A program made the position numbers and the translations under genes. The notes beneath the pieces were generated by a model. It saw only the letters and a program-made list of their open reading frames with translations. It had not been told where the DNA came from and did not search any database. Source: Podospora anserina (lineage: Eukaryota). From it: a stretch of 64,000 nucleotides of DNA. The stretch lies in contig CM030336.1 of NCBI GenBank assembly GCA_017654855.1, positions 496,001 to 560,000 on the forward strand, read 5' to 3'. Position 1 is the first letter of the stretch. Each line of letters starts with the position of its first letter. Shown here piece after piece: positions 25,963-39,566 of the stretch.

Positions 25963-27034
25963 GGTTCACGTGTTGGGCAAAACGCACGCTACGGCAACGT
26001 CACGTGATGTATTTGGGTCCCTTGATCATCCCACCTCAGTTTGGCGCGTGAAACACGAAAGTCGATGAACCACTCGTCGCTGGGCAACATGTGCCACAAA
26101 CTGTCGCCCCTGATGAAGAGGAGGTCGCGGCGCTCGCTGACGGTCTTGATCGTTCCCGGTTGCAAAAGCGCCTGACGCCGGTATTCCTTTCTGTAGCTAT
26201 ATACCTACAAACACGTGCTCCAGCCGGGTCATCTTGCTGAACAGTTCCTCGTCCAAACCTCTGAAAACCTCTGCGTGTCGGGCCAACTCGTCCTCGGTGC
26301 GGAGAGAGTAGGTTCCATCATGAAATCCTCCGAGTCGACTATATGGATTGTCCTGATTTCAGGGGGCAGCCTCATATGCCCCGTTGAAGGGTTTGGAGGT
26401 AATGCCTGCCACCTTTTTGGTTGCCTCCCATCCAAACTCGGTTGCGATTCTCCAGGTGGTGAGGAGGTCCGTGTGGGAAATGAAGGATGATGTAGTCTTG
26501 GGCAGCGGTGAGGCATGCCCAGAGCAGGACCGTGAGATTGGAGAGGAAGAGTTGGTTGTTCATCTTGATGGTGATCAGACGGCGCGAACAGTGTATGCCG
26601 AACGGCGTACCCTGTCCTGTTGAAGGTTGTGAGACAACTTGTGGAAACCCGTCAGTATCTGGCTGGCATCTTGAATGCTATTTTGGATCGTTCCCTTGTC
26701 AAGCAGGAGCTGAAGAGTCGTTACACGGAACTTGAGGAAGAAGCTCCTTACCCAGCAGGGTACGGGTGCCACGTGGAGACGGCACATCAAGATTCTCACT
26801 TTCGTATCTGCACCTGGTGATATGGACGACGGCTAGCCTCGCGGAGTGAAGGTGTTTAACCGCCAATGCCTTGAGCGAGCCATGTGTCTAGTAAATGTTG
26901 ATCAAATTGATCAGCAATGGCCAGAGAGACCAAAAAGGCACCGGCAGTAAAGGTATCTTTTCACACGAACGTCTCAAATTGAACACCCTGTGTTCTATCC
27001 CTAGGCACTATCTACACATCACGCCCTCCCAAAA

Positions 27035-29196
27035 TCAAACCTCCTCTCCATCCAACACCCTCGTAAAAATATCCAAATTCCCCTCATACACCACCCTGGG
27101 CTCATACACCGCAAACGTCACCCCCCTCCACCAATTCCCCGCCCCCCCAAACTCCTTCTCCCTCAACACCTCCAACCAGCAGTGCGCCACATCCTCGGGC
27201 GGGTTCTTGAAAACCCCACACCCCAACGCGCCCAAGATGATCCTCCTATGCCTGTACGCCGCCGCCAGCCTCAGCACAAGCCTCATCTTCTTCTTCGTCA
27301 TGTCCCTGTCAAAGTCCCTGGCAAAGTAGCTGAAAAACTCCGGTTCGCCAGGGGCGTGCTTGTCATACTTGATCTGCATCGTCGGGGGGGAGTGCACAGC
27401 TGCAACGCTAAAGACAGAGACCACCTTTGGGTCCGCTACCACGTCCCGGAGTGGGATCAGCCCGTGACCCCTTTCATCGGCCTCACGGATGACGAGAACG
27501 TAAGGCGAGTACAGCGCCGCGGCGGTGTACTTGTCCGGGCTGATGGGGTAGAGCTCCCTCTTCAGGCTCAGCGACAGACTAGACCGGTAGCAAATCGCCT
27601 CCTCCTGCGCCATGGCACCGTTCTCCCAACCCCCACCCGGTCGGCTGTCGTTCGCAAAGTTGATCACCGCCGGGAGGGGACTGTGAGCAGGACTGTCGTT
27701 CTCCGTTTTGAGCACGGCCATCTCCCGAATGGCAGCATCAAGAGTGTCCATATTCACAACTTTGATCTTGGCCTTTCGCGCAAAGTTCGGGCAGAGGTTG
27801 GGGTCAAGACGGGGAAACGACTCGAGAGTAAACTTGCGGGCTTTCGCCGCCTTTGTCATCAAGGATCCGTCAGCTTGGAGTCCCGTGAGATACTTGGGGA
27901 GGACGAGCTTGGTCTGGTCTGCGGCCGTGCGCAGCTGGTCACGGGTGCTCATCTTGCGTTCTGGCCAGGCGAGGAACGAGGGTGGCACGTGTGGCGATTT
28001 TATCGCTGTCGGTGCCGGGCTTGCCGGTACGGAGGGCGGGATAAGCCGTTCTAGTTGAAGGGGCGCTGGTACAGTCTGTCCTAGCCTCGTTGGCTTTGAG
28101 ACAGCCGTCGACGTTGGGCGCAGAATGGGATTTGATTTGGTTGCTGTGGCCAGTCATGTTAGTCGACACATGCACCACCTCAGAGTCTTGGGAACTTGCG
28201 CTTTTGGGTATTCGTTGAGATTGTCCTGCCCCCGTGTGTTATTGGGGGTTTTCCGAGAAAAGATGAAGTTGATGTGCTGGTTGCGACACCTCCCGACGGA
28301 CTCGCTCCTGGCTTCTCACCCGGTGGCTGCTTTCTGCTGGGCTTCAGAGGATCTTTTTCAAGATATGTCGTGGCCACAGGAACTCTGCTTGGTGTGCCTT
28401 GAACAGCCGGGCTACTCGCAATAGCATTCACCAAGCCGATAACTGCAGCTGCTGGATCGGGGGGCGGGCCTACAGTTGTTTGATTACTAGTAGGACGGTT
28501 CTTGAGGATTGGCTTGATCGGAGGCTTTGTCCGCGGACCCTGGTTACTAGAGCCACCTGGGGTGCTGACAGCGGTAGGGGGAACCGGCACCGGGTCTACA
28601 GTCGGGTGGGGCCAAGAGGTGGTCGGTGATGGTGGCCTAGGAGGGGATGGTGGCTTGACGGCAGGTGGTGGTCGAGTAGTAGTAATTGGGAGTGCTGGCT
28701 TAAGAGTCTGGAGTGTTGGCTTGACACTCTGGGGTGCTGGCTTGACGGTTTGGGGTGTTGGCTTGACAATCTGAGGTGTTGGCTTAGCAGTAAGAGGTTG
28801 TGGCTTGCTGTGCAACAAATTCGGATCTAGCACAGATGTGATGCGTTGGCTGGCAACAGCTTGCTCAGCAAGCAGTTCAGCCTTGGCTTTTGCTGCAGCT
28901 TCTTGCAGCCGCCTCAAACCAAGAGAAGGTGGGCCGATAGACTGCTGAACCGGGGGAGTCGGTCGGGCGGGAGCCGGTCGGGCGTTGAAGTTATTACGGA
29001 GTGGATGGGAAGGAGTTGAGGTTGCCGTTCCACCTGGCTGTTGCCTCTGAGTGTTTGGTGTTGCAGCGTGTTGTGCGTACAGAGTAGGTCGTGCTCCAAT
29101 CTTTACTGGGCTGTGAACCGGGGACGAAACAAATTCCGGGTTATACCACGAAGGTCTCCCCGTCGTGGGTTTGGTGGGTGATTTTTTAGGCCCCAT
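27035..29196 (-). CDS. Microbial-type PARG domain (DUF2263/TIGR02452-like) protein with a long Pro-rich N-terminus (~701 aa)
   Basis: Exon 1 (29196-28200) and exon 2 (28143-27035) join in frame across a 56-nt GC-AG intron (GCAAGT...ACTAAC...CACAG). C-terminal motifs NFANDSRPGGGWENGAMAQEEAICYRSSL and ILGALGCGVFKNPP. Confidence 0.85.
28701..28790 (-). repeat. 21-bp coding tandem repeat (KPTPQIV/KPTPQTV/KPAPQSV/KPTLQTL)
   Basis: Four to five heptad units; on the + strand they appear as recurring ...GGTGTTGGCTTGAC... Boundaries approximate. Confidence 0.7.
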
Positions 29197-31702
29197 TGTC
29201 GCGGCTGCCTAGTAAACCTAGCGTAGTGTCACAGTTGCTCACGTGATCCGTCCCTGACCGATTGAGAATACGGAGATGTTTTCCTGGGGCAATTCACTTG
29301 TAGCGATAAACTCAGTCTTGATGTTTTTCTTCTGAGCATGATGTCGCCGTCAACAAGTCATTAATTGTTTTATCGAGTACATGGAGACAAAGACCCGTCT
29401 CACAGAACCCTGCTCACACTCATCTTGCCTAATCCGATCTTGCAAGACAATGCAACAAAGAACTTTTCTGCCTACCGAAAGCGGACCATGAGGACGGCAA
29501 GCAATATATGCGTTGTCCTAGTAGAAAATAAGGTTCAATGGGCACTTGATGTTGAAAGGGATTGCCATTCTCACCAGACACTCGGCGCGTCTTGTACCCA
29601 ACGGCCACGTCGTGCCATGCCCGCAATACAGCAAAAGGCCAAGGTGAGTAAACTGTTGATGATTCTCACTAGAGGGATGGTGCGGGATGGTGCGGGATGC
29701 GACGCTCCAGAATTGACCCAGGTGGACAACTTCTGGTGCATAGGTGCGTGGTTCCCTGAGGTGTAAATGGTGTCAAAGAATCAGGTACTGGCCCATTGGA
29801 TACAAGGTCAGATGCGTCCCCAACCATCATCATACTTTGTTGTAGAATCCCCGACTCGGAGCTGAACCAGACGGTCCCCCCCAACATTGATAGACCGACA
29901 CATTTCTCTAGATCAATCCTCATCATGCATCATAGGGAGACCGCCAATGGGTCAACAGCAAAGATCTAGCGACTGGTATGTCGATGTCTGGTACCTCCCG
30001 CCGTCGGGCAGCTCGAGGCTGAGTGATCAGGTTCAACTCCGAAGTATCACGACGTTCACCATAGACAGAAGAAGGTGGAGGCAGCCGACCGCTGATTGAT
30101 AATGATGTTCGTTTGAACGAGTGGTCAGGTCGGAGATGACATATTGTACGGCTGCCTTGAATCGAGGGCGGCTGAGCCGGTTGGTGTAAGCTTCCGCCGT
30201 GATGTTGAGCATCGTGGTGCTTTTCGGGGGTGTTCTTTCCAGATGTGCCAGTCCAGGACTCGAAGATGCCCGATTCTGTTCCCTTCAAGTCGGTCTGCTT
30301 TTCGCAACAGTATTGGTGATATTGATATCATGGAGTATCGTACTCGTTCGTTGCTTGTACTGAACATCAGCTATATGCTACCGTCACAAAAGACACTTGT
30401 TTGAATGTATCACTGCCCATTTCTCTCTTGACTTCTGCATGCCGTCGAAAAAGACCAACTCCCCTACACCGAAGGCTGTCGAACACACCCCAAAACCACA
30501 TCATAGTCTTCGGGTCAGGCTTCTTCAACAGTCGTCCAAAGAGTCCGAGATCCGGCTGGGCTCCACCGCCGCCGCCATGAGAGACGACATTGACAAACGG
30601 GTAAACATCCACGGCATCCCACTGGACAACACCTCGCCTCGCTCCGTGTTTCTTCCCCCGCTGCAGGGACCACATGCACGGGCGAAGTCAATATGACAGC
30701 TGAGCGGCAACAAAACTGATCTCGTTAAAATGACAGATCGGGGAAGGCGGCTCAGCCCTCAGGTACCAACCCCTGCCCGTTGGCTTCAGCCCCTGAACCC
30801 CTAACACACCCCGCATCTTCAGCCAAAAGACCGCGTTGGCAGAAGACCATGTGGTGCCAAGTTGGACAGAAAAGCTTGGTTTGGATCAAGCACTGGAGCA
30901 ACCTTGGCCATCAAGATCATGATCGGCAATCCGTGCCAAATGCTCGGGTCCAAACGGTTTGTGGGCGATCAGGTTCCAGACCGCAAGACTGCAAGACTGC
31001 CAAGACTCTGACTCTTCACAACGGATTCGATAGATCGCGCCATGCGTTGAAGCGCTGATGAATTGTCGGAAAATTAACAGCGCCCACTGCCTTGACGTTC
31101 GTGCAGTTCTTCACCATGTCCGAAAAGGAAATTGCAAGTGAGGGTGAGCTCGCAGAAAACAGCAAAGCGTCAAGCCATGGTGCCGGGCCAGAACCAATGG
31201 CGACCTCGACGTCAGGGGAGAAGCGCAAAGCTCAGGTAGCGCCGTAGGGCTGTCAACAAACACCGACAACAGCCACGCTCAGAGCGGTCAGTACAGGGTT
31301 TAAGCCGTCTGGACCCCATCGCCAGCAAAACCTCGCTTTTGGCCAGTCTCTTTTCGGCATTCGAATAGCGGCGGTCCCTCTTTGGAAAGCTTCGAGGCTG
31401 AAATACCGACGCCATTGAACGCCATCATCAGTGTTGTCATCCAGGGGTCCCAGCATCATGACCTGGCAGGCTGACTTGGGACTGGCCAAGCCCGACGGTG
31501 GTGATGAGGCTTTGCAGAATGACCGCATCCAGATCAATATCGAGGAGCAGCGAGCAGAAGAAACTTGGGGATATAAGATGCCGTCTCCCTCGTCGATCTT
31601 CTGGTGTCTTTTCTTCCGCAGCAGCTCGCTCGACAACGCAGCAGTTCGTCCTTCGATCAACAGCTTCACTGCCTCTCGTTTGCAGCCAGCACCACCGCAA
31701 CC

Positions 31703-33012
31703 ATGAAGCTCAACGCGACCCTCTTTGGTCTCACCGGCCTTCTCGGCCTGGCATTGGCCGCCGTTCCGATTAAGAACGATGGCATCTCGGCCGACATTGT
31801 TGTGCCCGAAAAGTACATCGTCAAGTACAAGGCCGACGCCGACGCTGGAAGAAAGAAGAAGCACGAGTCCGACATCACCAACAAGGCCAAGAAGAAGAAC
31901 AAGAAGGGTGTTGTCGAGTCCATCAACATCGACGGCCTTTCGGGATACGTTGCCGAGATTCCCGACTCGGAACTCAAGGAGCTGAGGGATTCCGACTTGG
32001 TGAGTGGGCTCTGACCCAAGCTTGGGAAAGATCATGCTGACAACCGGCCCAGATCGAATACATCGAGAAGGACACCGTGATCCAGATCAACGCCGTCGCC
32101 GCCCCTCGGGTCGCCGCTGACCCTGTCGAAGAGAAGCACCAGCTTGCGAAGCGTGCCTATGTCACTCAACTCCACGCCGCTTGGGGCCTGGCTCGCATCT
32201 CGCGCCGTTCCACCTGGAACTCCGGCTACTACTACGACAACACCGCTGGCCAAGGTATCCGTGTCTATGTTCTTGACAGCGGCATCCGCACCACCCACGT
32301 CGAGTTCGAAGGACGCGCCGTCTGGGGCGCCAACTTCATCGCCGGATCCCCCAACACTGACGAGTACGGCCACGGCACCCACGTTGCTGGCACCATCGCT
32401 AGCAAAACCTATGGTGTTGCGAAGAAGGCCACCGTTGTCGCCGTCAAGGTCCTCGACAAGAACGGCTCCGGCACCATGTCCGGCCTGATCTCCGGCCTCA
32501 ACTGGGTTGTGAACAACGCCAAGGCCCGCGGCATCGCCAAGAAGGCCGTCATCAACATTTCTCTCGGTGGTGGCTACACTGCCTCCGTCAACGCTGCTGT
32601 CAAGGGTGCCACTGATGCTGGCCTCACCGTGGTTGTGTCTGCCGGCAACAGCAACGCCAACAGTGCCAACTATTCCCCTGCCTCGGCTCCCTCTGCCATC
32701 ACCGTCGGTGCCATTGACGGTACTGGATACCGCGCCTGGTTCTCCAACTGGGGTAACCTCGTCGACATCTTCGCCCCTGGTGTCTCCGTTCTCAGCGCCT
32801 ACCACACCAGCAACACTGCCACATGGTACATGGACGGCACCAGCATGGCTGCTCCCCACGTTGCCGGTCTCGCTGCTTACTTCATCGCCAAGGAGAACCT
32901 GTCGGGCTCCCCTGCTGTGACCAACCGAATTCTTGGTGCGGCTGTCACCGGTAGTATCGGGGACCCCAAGGGCAGCTGGAACCGCCGTGCTTACAACGCC
33001 GGTGGTGCCTAA
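31703..33012 (+). CDS. Secreted subtilisin-like serine protease (S8A, proteinase K type) with I9 propeptide
   Basis: Exons 31703-31999 and 32053-33012. Signal peptide, propeptide ending AKR, triad motifs VLDSG / HGTHVAG / GTSMAAP, and oxyanion motif SAGN. Confidence 0.93.
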
Positions 33013-33463
33013 GCATGAGCCGCTGGTCTTAGGTTGTTTCGTTTGCGTGTTTCTAGATTTTCTTCTATCGCCTAGTCATGACTTTGATGCGGGTTCTTTC
33101 GGGAGGATGGAGAAGAGGGAAGGATTGTTGTTGGTCGTCGCTCCTTCAGTGTCCGGTTTCCTGTAATTGTACTTGTTATCGTCGATAGAGTTATGGGAAT
33201 CGATTCTCCCGTGGTCAAACTCTCGTATTCCCGGTCTAGGCCCATCCTCGATGTAGTCGTAATGCCGTGCTTGGCCAGCTGCAAGGCGCAAGGTGGTAAT
33301 CTTGGCCACGCCTAAATGAACTTCATGCCGCCACGTTAGCAGGCCACACGGCAGAGCAATGTGTGGGGGTAACAAACCTCTTGGATTTGTCAACTGCCCT
33401 TCATCTCTGCCGCAACTTCTGGAAACGCCAAAGTCATCAGACTCTAGTCGACTTGCTGTGAAC

Positions 33464-34846
33464 ATGACCGCTACAGGGCCTTCTCCCGTCATTGCTGACC
33501 CCTCTCCGCTGGGTTCCCCTCTCCCCTTCGAGTTTTCTGGCCGGACAGCGCCTAACCGCTTTCTCAAGTCGGCCGCCACCGAAAAGGTAGCCACCTATGA
33601 CCCAAACGACAGGCTCTCCAACGGCATTCCCAACGATGAGCTGTTCCAGCTGTACGGTACCTGGGCGTCAGGCGGCTTCGGCACAATTGTAACCGGCAAC
33701 ATCCTCATCGACCCTGACCACCTCGAGGGCCCCGGTAACATGATCATCCCCGTCGACGCACCGCTTGACGGTCCCCGCTTCGAAGGATTCCGCCGTCTGG
33801 GATCTGTCGGAAGACAACATGGGTCTCTCTTTATCGGCCAAGTCAACCATCCCGGCCGCCAATGCGTCTACGCCCTGCAACCCAATCCCATCTCAGCCTC
33901 TGACGTTCAACTGCTCGTCGACATGTTTGGTGCAACCTTTGGCAAACCGCGTGCTGCCACCATCGAGGAGATCCAATCGACCGTGGCGGCCTTTGTCCAT
34001 GCGGCGGTGTATCTCGACAAAGCAGGCTGGGACGGAGTCCAGCTTCACGGTGCCCACGGGTACCTCATCGCACAATTCTTGTCCTTGACCACCAACCTCC
34101 GCACTGACGCTTATGGCGGGTCCCTTGCCAACCGGGCGAGGATCATCACCGAGATTGCCGCTGGCATCAGGGAGCAATGTCGAAAGGACTTTATTCTCGC
34201 CATCAAGATCAACAGCGTCGAGTTCCAAGCCGATGGGTTCACCGTTGAAGAGGCGTCCGAGCTGTGCGAGATCTTGGAGAAGGCAGGCTTCGACTTTGTG
34301 GAGCTCAGCGGCGGAACATACGAGGAAATGGCGCTGGCGCACAGGCGAGAGTCGACCAAAGCCAGGGAGGCATTCTTTTTGGATTTCGCAGAAAAGATTG
34401 CGCCGCGCCTGAACAAGACCAAGGTCTATGTGACTGGGGGTTTCAGGACTGCCAAGGGCATGGCGGACGCGCTGCAGAGTGTGGATGGTGTTGGAATGGT
34501 GAGGGCTGTTTGCAACAATCCGAATCTTCCGGCCGAGATACTGGAGGGCAAGAAGACAGCTGCGCCGGTGATTGCTGGGGGGGTGTATTTTGACGATTTT
34601 CTTCTGACGGGGGGCTTGGCGGGGCTGCAGATGCGACTGATGGGGCATTCGTTGCCTGTGCTCGATGTTGAGGATGACGCAGAGGTCGAAGAGTTCAAGA
34701 AGGCGCTGGAGTCGAATCTGAAGGGACTTGTGAAGGGAGGGTTGTTTGAGAATATGGACCTTGGGTTTCTAGGGGCGAGAGGACCTGATGTTGAGAGAAG
34801 AGTGCGAGATATTCAGGCTTCCAGGGCCACACTGCGCAAAGGATAG
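33464..34846 (+). CDS. NADH:flavin oxidoreductase / old yellow enzyme family
   Basis: Motifs APNRFLKSA, GQVNHPGRQ, GWDGVQLHGAHGYLIAQFLS, NLRTDAYGGSLANRAR and VELSGGTYE. Confidence 0.9.
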   Translation: MTATGPSPVIADPSPLGSPLPFEFSGRTAPNRFLKSAATEKVATYDPNDRLSNGIPNDELFQLYGTWASGGFGTIVTGNILIDPDHLEGPGNMIIPVDAPLDGPRFEGFRRLGSVGRQHGSLFIGQVNHPGRQCVYALQPNPISASDVQLLVDMFGATFGKPRAATIEEIQSTVAAFVHAAVYLDKAGWDGVQLHGAHGYLIAQFLSLTTNLRTDAYGGSLANRARIITEIAAGIREQCRKDFILAIKINSVEFQADGFTVEEASELCEILEKAGFDFVELSGGTYEEMALAHRRESTKAREAFFLDFAEKIAPRLNKTKVYVTGGFRTAKGMADALQSVDGVGMVRAVCNNPNLPAEILEGKKTAAPVIAGGVYFDDFLLTGGLAGLQMRLMGHSLPVLDVEDDAEVEEFKKALESNLKGLVKGGLFENMDLGFLGARGPDVERRVRDIQASRATLRKG

Positions 34847-36228
34847 TGGGGCTGGAAGTGTTTCTTCCCATCCCATGCCCAAGAAAGGGGTGATGCTTTG
34901 GGGTCATGCTTAACATATATGAGCCGCCCGGTGATATATTTCAGCAGTTTATATGCAAAATGGACAATTCGTTTGGCCATCGAGAGGCTCGTCACTACAT
35001 TGAATCTCGTGGGTTAGGGTTGCAGCAGGGCATTTGGAGACCCCACTGCAAGTCCAACGCGTCTCATATTTGGTGATCTATCTGTGCTGACGGAAAGCCA
35101 CCATGACCTCACATACACTGATTACATATACCACTTGAGGATGGGAAATGCCAGCCAAATGCCCTGTATCGTTCTAGATAACCTAGAATGGACTCCCTTT
35201 ACTCCCATCTCGCTCAATCCCCATTGCTATGCTCCTCCACGGATCGTTGAGCCCATCCAGTCCTAACCTGCGCTCTCCCCCACAGCCCCAACTGCGGCGG
35301 CGATGCATTACCGACCGCAATCACCTCATCTTCATCAATGTCGGTGGAGTGATTACCCAAAAGAACGCTGGGCGCTTTTCCGGTACCCAAATATTCGAAA
35401 GAATCTGCCGTCGATACAAGGCCCTTAGTACGCGCAAGACTCATCTCTGTAAAAGGTTTGGCTCGATTGATTGTCAGGACCCAGGGTGCTTTCCCCCATG
35501 GTGGATACCTTTCCTCTGTTGCCTGTTTCACCTCGGCCTGCCATGGGAGGTGCGGTTTGGTAAGACGCCCTACCACGACAAGTGCGATTTGATAAGAGCT
35601 CCCAAAGCCGTGGGTGGCAGCTATGGGTAGAACGACCATGAGTCCAGAAAGCATCAAACTCTGTCGTTAAAGGAGGATTGGTGAATCGAAATATCGCAAC
35701 CCTTCGGACACCCGTGTATTCCACTCAGGTCATCAACTTCGACAATCTGGACTTTCCAATGGCTACGACGAGGTGCTTGACAACACTACAATAACGTCCA
35801 TTGAACACCCTGCCCCCATTTGCAGCGAAACGACTCTCATATGTTGAAACGATAACGAAGCAAAATGATGGTCTGGGTGGGATTCTGACCCACGACTCTT
35901 GCGAGACCAAGAACGCTTGAATGACCTCAGAAGAAAATTCAAGCATCAATCCGAACCTGGAAACTTGGACCAGAAATCGGGGCCCCAAGAGGTCAAGCTC
36001 CACGAAACAAGCTTGCGCCACAAGGATATGCAGGCGCCTATAGCATATTGGCTATCTGCAATCATCCTTCAGCCGCTCAAGGTTAGCTGCTTTGGTATGC
36101 CGATGCTCGCCGCATTGATGCCTTGTCAGATCAATGTGACTCCTCACGAAGAGCAGTTGAGAGAAAAGCTTCAGTCTTCCTCGTCCTCGATTTATTCCCC
36201 ACAGCAAAGTTCTGTATCAGCAGGAAAC

Positions 36229-37275
36229 ATGGCCTACCAACAGCCTCAGTACACTTGCCCTGCACAGGGTGCTGCTGGCAGCAGCTACCAACTACCGCCA
36301 CCTCCTGTCCCGCCAGCATATATGGACAACAGCCCCCGCAACCAACCTACGGATATGATCAAGCCCAAACGCCGGTAGGATGTCAACCACCGCATCAACA
36401 ACAGCAAACATATCTACACCCACCATGGCTGGATTGGGTGCTCAAACCCGCCAGCAAAGAGACAAGACGGAAGGAGAAACCAAGATAATGGACACCAATG
36501 GCGGCTAGAAATGCAGACAGCTAGTTTTAATACACCAAAGAAATGACACATCGGACTTAGCACACCTTTGAAGCATGGCAAGCCCTCCCCCGGCAACACC
36601 ACTCATATCCAACTCCACCTCAGCAACAGTATCAACACCAGCCTCAAGTCCAACCTCTCCCTCACAATCCCTTTCCCCCCGGAACATACCCCCTCCGCAC
36701 GCTCCCCGGCCAACCCCTCTCAAAGCCAACCAAACTCCCCTTTCTCCCTCACCCTCTCCTGCCTCTTCTCCCCATCCCAACCCTGCTACACCCTAACCTA
36801 CAATCCCACCGCCTCCTGCTTCTCCCTCACTCGCGGCCCACCTTCCTCCCCCTCCCTACCCATCGCAACGGCCTCCTTCCCCACCCTCTCCCTCAAAGAA
36901 CCCCCCGCCTCCCTCGGTCCATACAACTATCTAGTCGACTCCAAATTCGTCTCCTTCTCCCTCCTCCCAGGCCAAAGGCTCATGTGGGCCATTTCAGGCT
37001 CTGGCCCCTCATCCGGCGCATTTGTCCCAACACCCGTGGGAAGGGAGCAGGACGTGATTGCGCAGTTTTTCGGGACCGACGCGGCGGGAAAGGTTGTGGT
37101 TTCGGGGGGAACGAAAAAGTATATCGAGGGGAGGATTGACTTGGTGAGGGGGTTGACGCAGGCTCAGATGGATGAGGTGGTGTTGATCTTGGGGGTTTGG
37201 GCTTTGAACGGAAGAGGAGGCAGGCGAGTGGTGGGAAGGCGGCGGAGGGGACGTGATGGAGGTCGGAGATTTTGA
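36229..37275 (+). pseudogene. Frameshifted gene with a Gln/Pro-rich N-terminus and a globular C-terminal part
   Basis: MAYQQPQY... continues in shifted frames (YGQQPPQPTYGYDQ; PPQQQYQHQPQ) with stops. It ends in a domain-like segment EGRIDLVRGLTQAQMDEVVL. Confidence 0.35.
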
Positions 37276-38179
37276 ATGGTGTTTTGAGTGCTTGATTGAG
37301 GGAGGGCCACGGATTGGAGGCGGTTGGGATCGGGTTGAGGGGGAGGATTTGTTGTCGGGGAGGGGGTTTGTTGTCGGGGAGGGGGTTTTAATCTGGAGGT
37401 TTCTTTGGTTAGCTGGTAGCTGTGGCTGCGGTGATGTCACTTTGTGTAATTCTTTCGATGACTCTCCACTAGGTGGTGCCGTGTTTTGCGTGTCTTTTTC
37501 TTCCCATGAATATCGCTAGAGCGAGCGGGTCGGTGATGACTTGTAAGTTGTCTGTGCTCGGTACAAGCTCAGACGTGCTTGATACAAACTCTGACACACC
37601 CGTCGTGAGCCCTGTGGAGGGCTATGTTGCTTGTCGGCACTAGAGTGCTGGGTGCAAGCTTAAAATAATTCCTGACGCCGTTGATGTTCGTAGCCGATCA
37701 TTCGGAGCATATGTGGCAAGAGATGGAGGGGAGCCCTTCATGTTGATCATGTCGAGAACAGGAAGGAAATATCAGGAGGGTACACGGATGTTTGATTGAG
37801 TCCCGGGGTTGGCGGCCCTGTGCCGGAGTACCTCAGCTGCTCCACCACCGATCTAGAGCCGTGTTAGCAATCTTTCTACAATTGCTGGCGCGCCACTCCT
37901 AGCAACAACTTTCCAATGGTGGTCTCGCCAAGAGTCATGATGATGTCGGCAGGCTTTGGCCCCCCGGCTTGGAAAAGCTCGATAACTCATAACCCGCATG
38001 ACGCTCGAATTCCTACCAAGGGTACGCTCATTGTTACTGGTACCTCGATCAAGAAACAACGATCTGACTTACCTGACGGTTCGCGGTCGCCCACAGTGCC
38101 AGACATGATGCAGCAGACACCTCGTGACATTTGTGATCTACCTTCCTTATCTTCAAAGACCCAATACGCATATATTTCA

Positions 38180-38368
38180 GGCCACTTTACTGAATTTAAA
38201 CGCTCATGGGTTGTTTTGAGAGGCGTACACACTCTTTCCAATGGTTTACTAATTATCTTTCCATGCCCAAGAACCATTTGGAAAGGCCCGTCAACCATCT
38301 TTAATGGCCTGTTGACTATCTTCAAATGCCTATTAACTCTCTTTGGAGACCTACTATGCATCTATTCT
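38180..38368. repeat. Degenerate 21-bp minisatellite, copy 1
   Basis: About nine 21-nt units. The best are GGCCCGTCAACCATCTTTAAT / GGCCTGTTGACTATCTTCAAA / TGCCTATTAACTCTCTTTGGA, starting at 38285. Confidence 0.6.
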
Positions 38369-38416
38369 TCATACCTAGTCCTTATCAAAACCCACATCAA
38401 GTACCTGGTCCGTCAC

Positions 38417-39145
38417 AATAACGCCATCCCTTTAACCGGAACCCGTCCCCAACCGGACTACTCTGTTGGTTTCAGAAGAGAGGCATTTACTGATGACCAG
38501 CTCGCCAAACTGTCGCCATTCATTGGCGACTTCATCGCCGGGGACCAGTCTTTCTTCATGGCCACGTACTATATGTAGTTCCTCTTCCTGGCCTGTGAGG
38601 TGAAGTGCAGCGCCGCGGCACTCGATGTTGCAGACCGGCAGAACGCCCACAGCATGACACGTGCAGTGCGGGCCATCGTCGAGCTCTTTCATGCTTTGAA
38701 TCGCGAGGATAAGGTCAACCCCCAGATTCTCGCCTTCTCCATCTCGCACGACCACCGGTCGGTACGGATCTACGGCCACTACCCGGTGATAGCTGGCAAT
38801 GATACCATATATTACCGCCATCCAATCCATACTTACTATTTTACAACACTCGACGGAAGGGACAAATGGACAGCTTACCAATTCACCAAGAATGTATACG
38901 ATACATGGATGCCCGCTCACTTCAAGAACATCTGCTCCGCCATTGATCAGTTACCCTCAAATTTGGACTTTGATGTCCCACCGCTTTCTGAGGCAACCTG
39001 ACTTTCCCAGGACTTGGGGAGCCTGATGCCTGTTGTGCAAGACAGCCGGACAAGCAAGGCTGAGCTGCATGCGGTCACTCCGGACACCTCATTCGCAGGG
39101 TCGGGGGTGGCAAAGAGGAGGAAGGGAGCATTACCCGCAAAGTGA
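38417..39145 (+). pseudogene. 5'-truncated pseudogene of a fungal PD-(D/E)xK-like family (DUF7924-like)
   Basis: Reads NNAIPLTGTRPQPDYSVGF...FLACEVKC...ADRQNAHSM...AFSISHDHRSVRIYGHY. In-frame stops at TAG 38576-38578 and TGA 38999-39001; no N-terminal part. Confidence 0.75.
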
Positions 39146-39566
39146 TTCCCTGACGGGTCATCCTCGCGTGCCATCTCTCCTATGCCCTGAGCTGCAGATG
39201 ACCTCTGGACGACGGGGTTAAGACGCATTCAGCGTGCCTCCACGCCTCCCACGGCCGATTTCCCCGTGTTCGGCTAAGAATGGCAGGCTGTCTCTTCGTA
39301 GCGGGCCTCCATTCCGCCAGCTACTCCACCGGGATCAAGGTTCTCAAGTTGATCCAAACCTTTCCACCCGTCATTAATATCGGACGCTGTCCCTGCTTGC
39401 CCATAACCCAGCCCCCAGCTGGGCGGGTGCAGCCCGAGTTATTTGGGGGGGTGTACTTCGATAAAGTTTCTTCTTTATACTACTATTAGTTATCCAAGAA
39501 CTCCGCGAGCCTCTTTGCAGAAATTCTTCTTGGGCCTCGATGCCCGCATCGTCATCTTCGGGCATA

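Noticed and set aside
29300-31600. Short ORFs and a 10-bp tandem duplication (GATGGTGCGG)
   Set aside because: No supportable gene model or element.
35084-35630. Possible small Cys-containing gene
   Set aside because: No convincing start or splice path and no recognised family.
38180-38368. CRISPR-like array interpretation of the periodic repeats
   Set aside because: Eukaryotic context, tandem degenerate units with no spacers, no cas genes.
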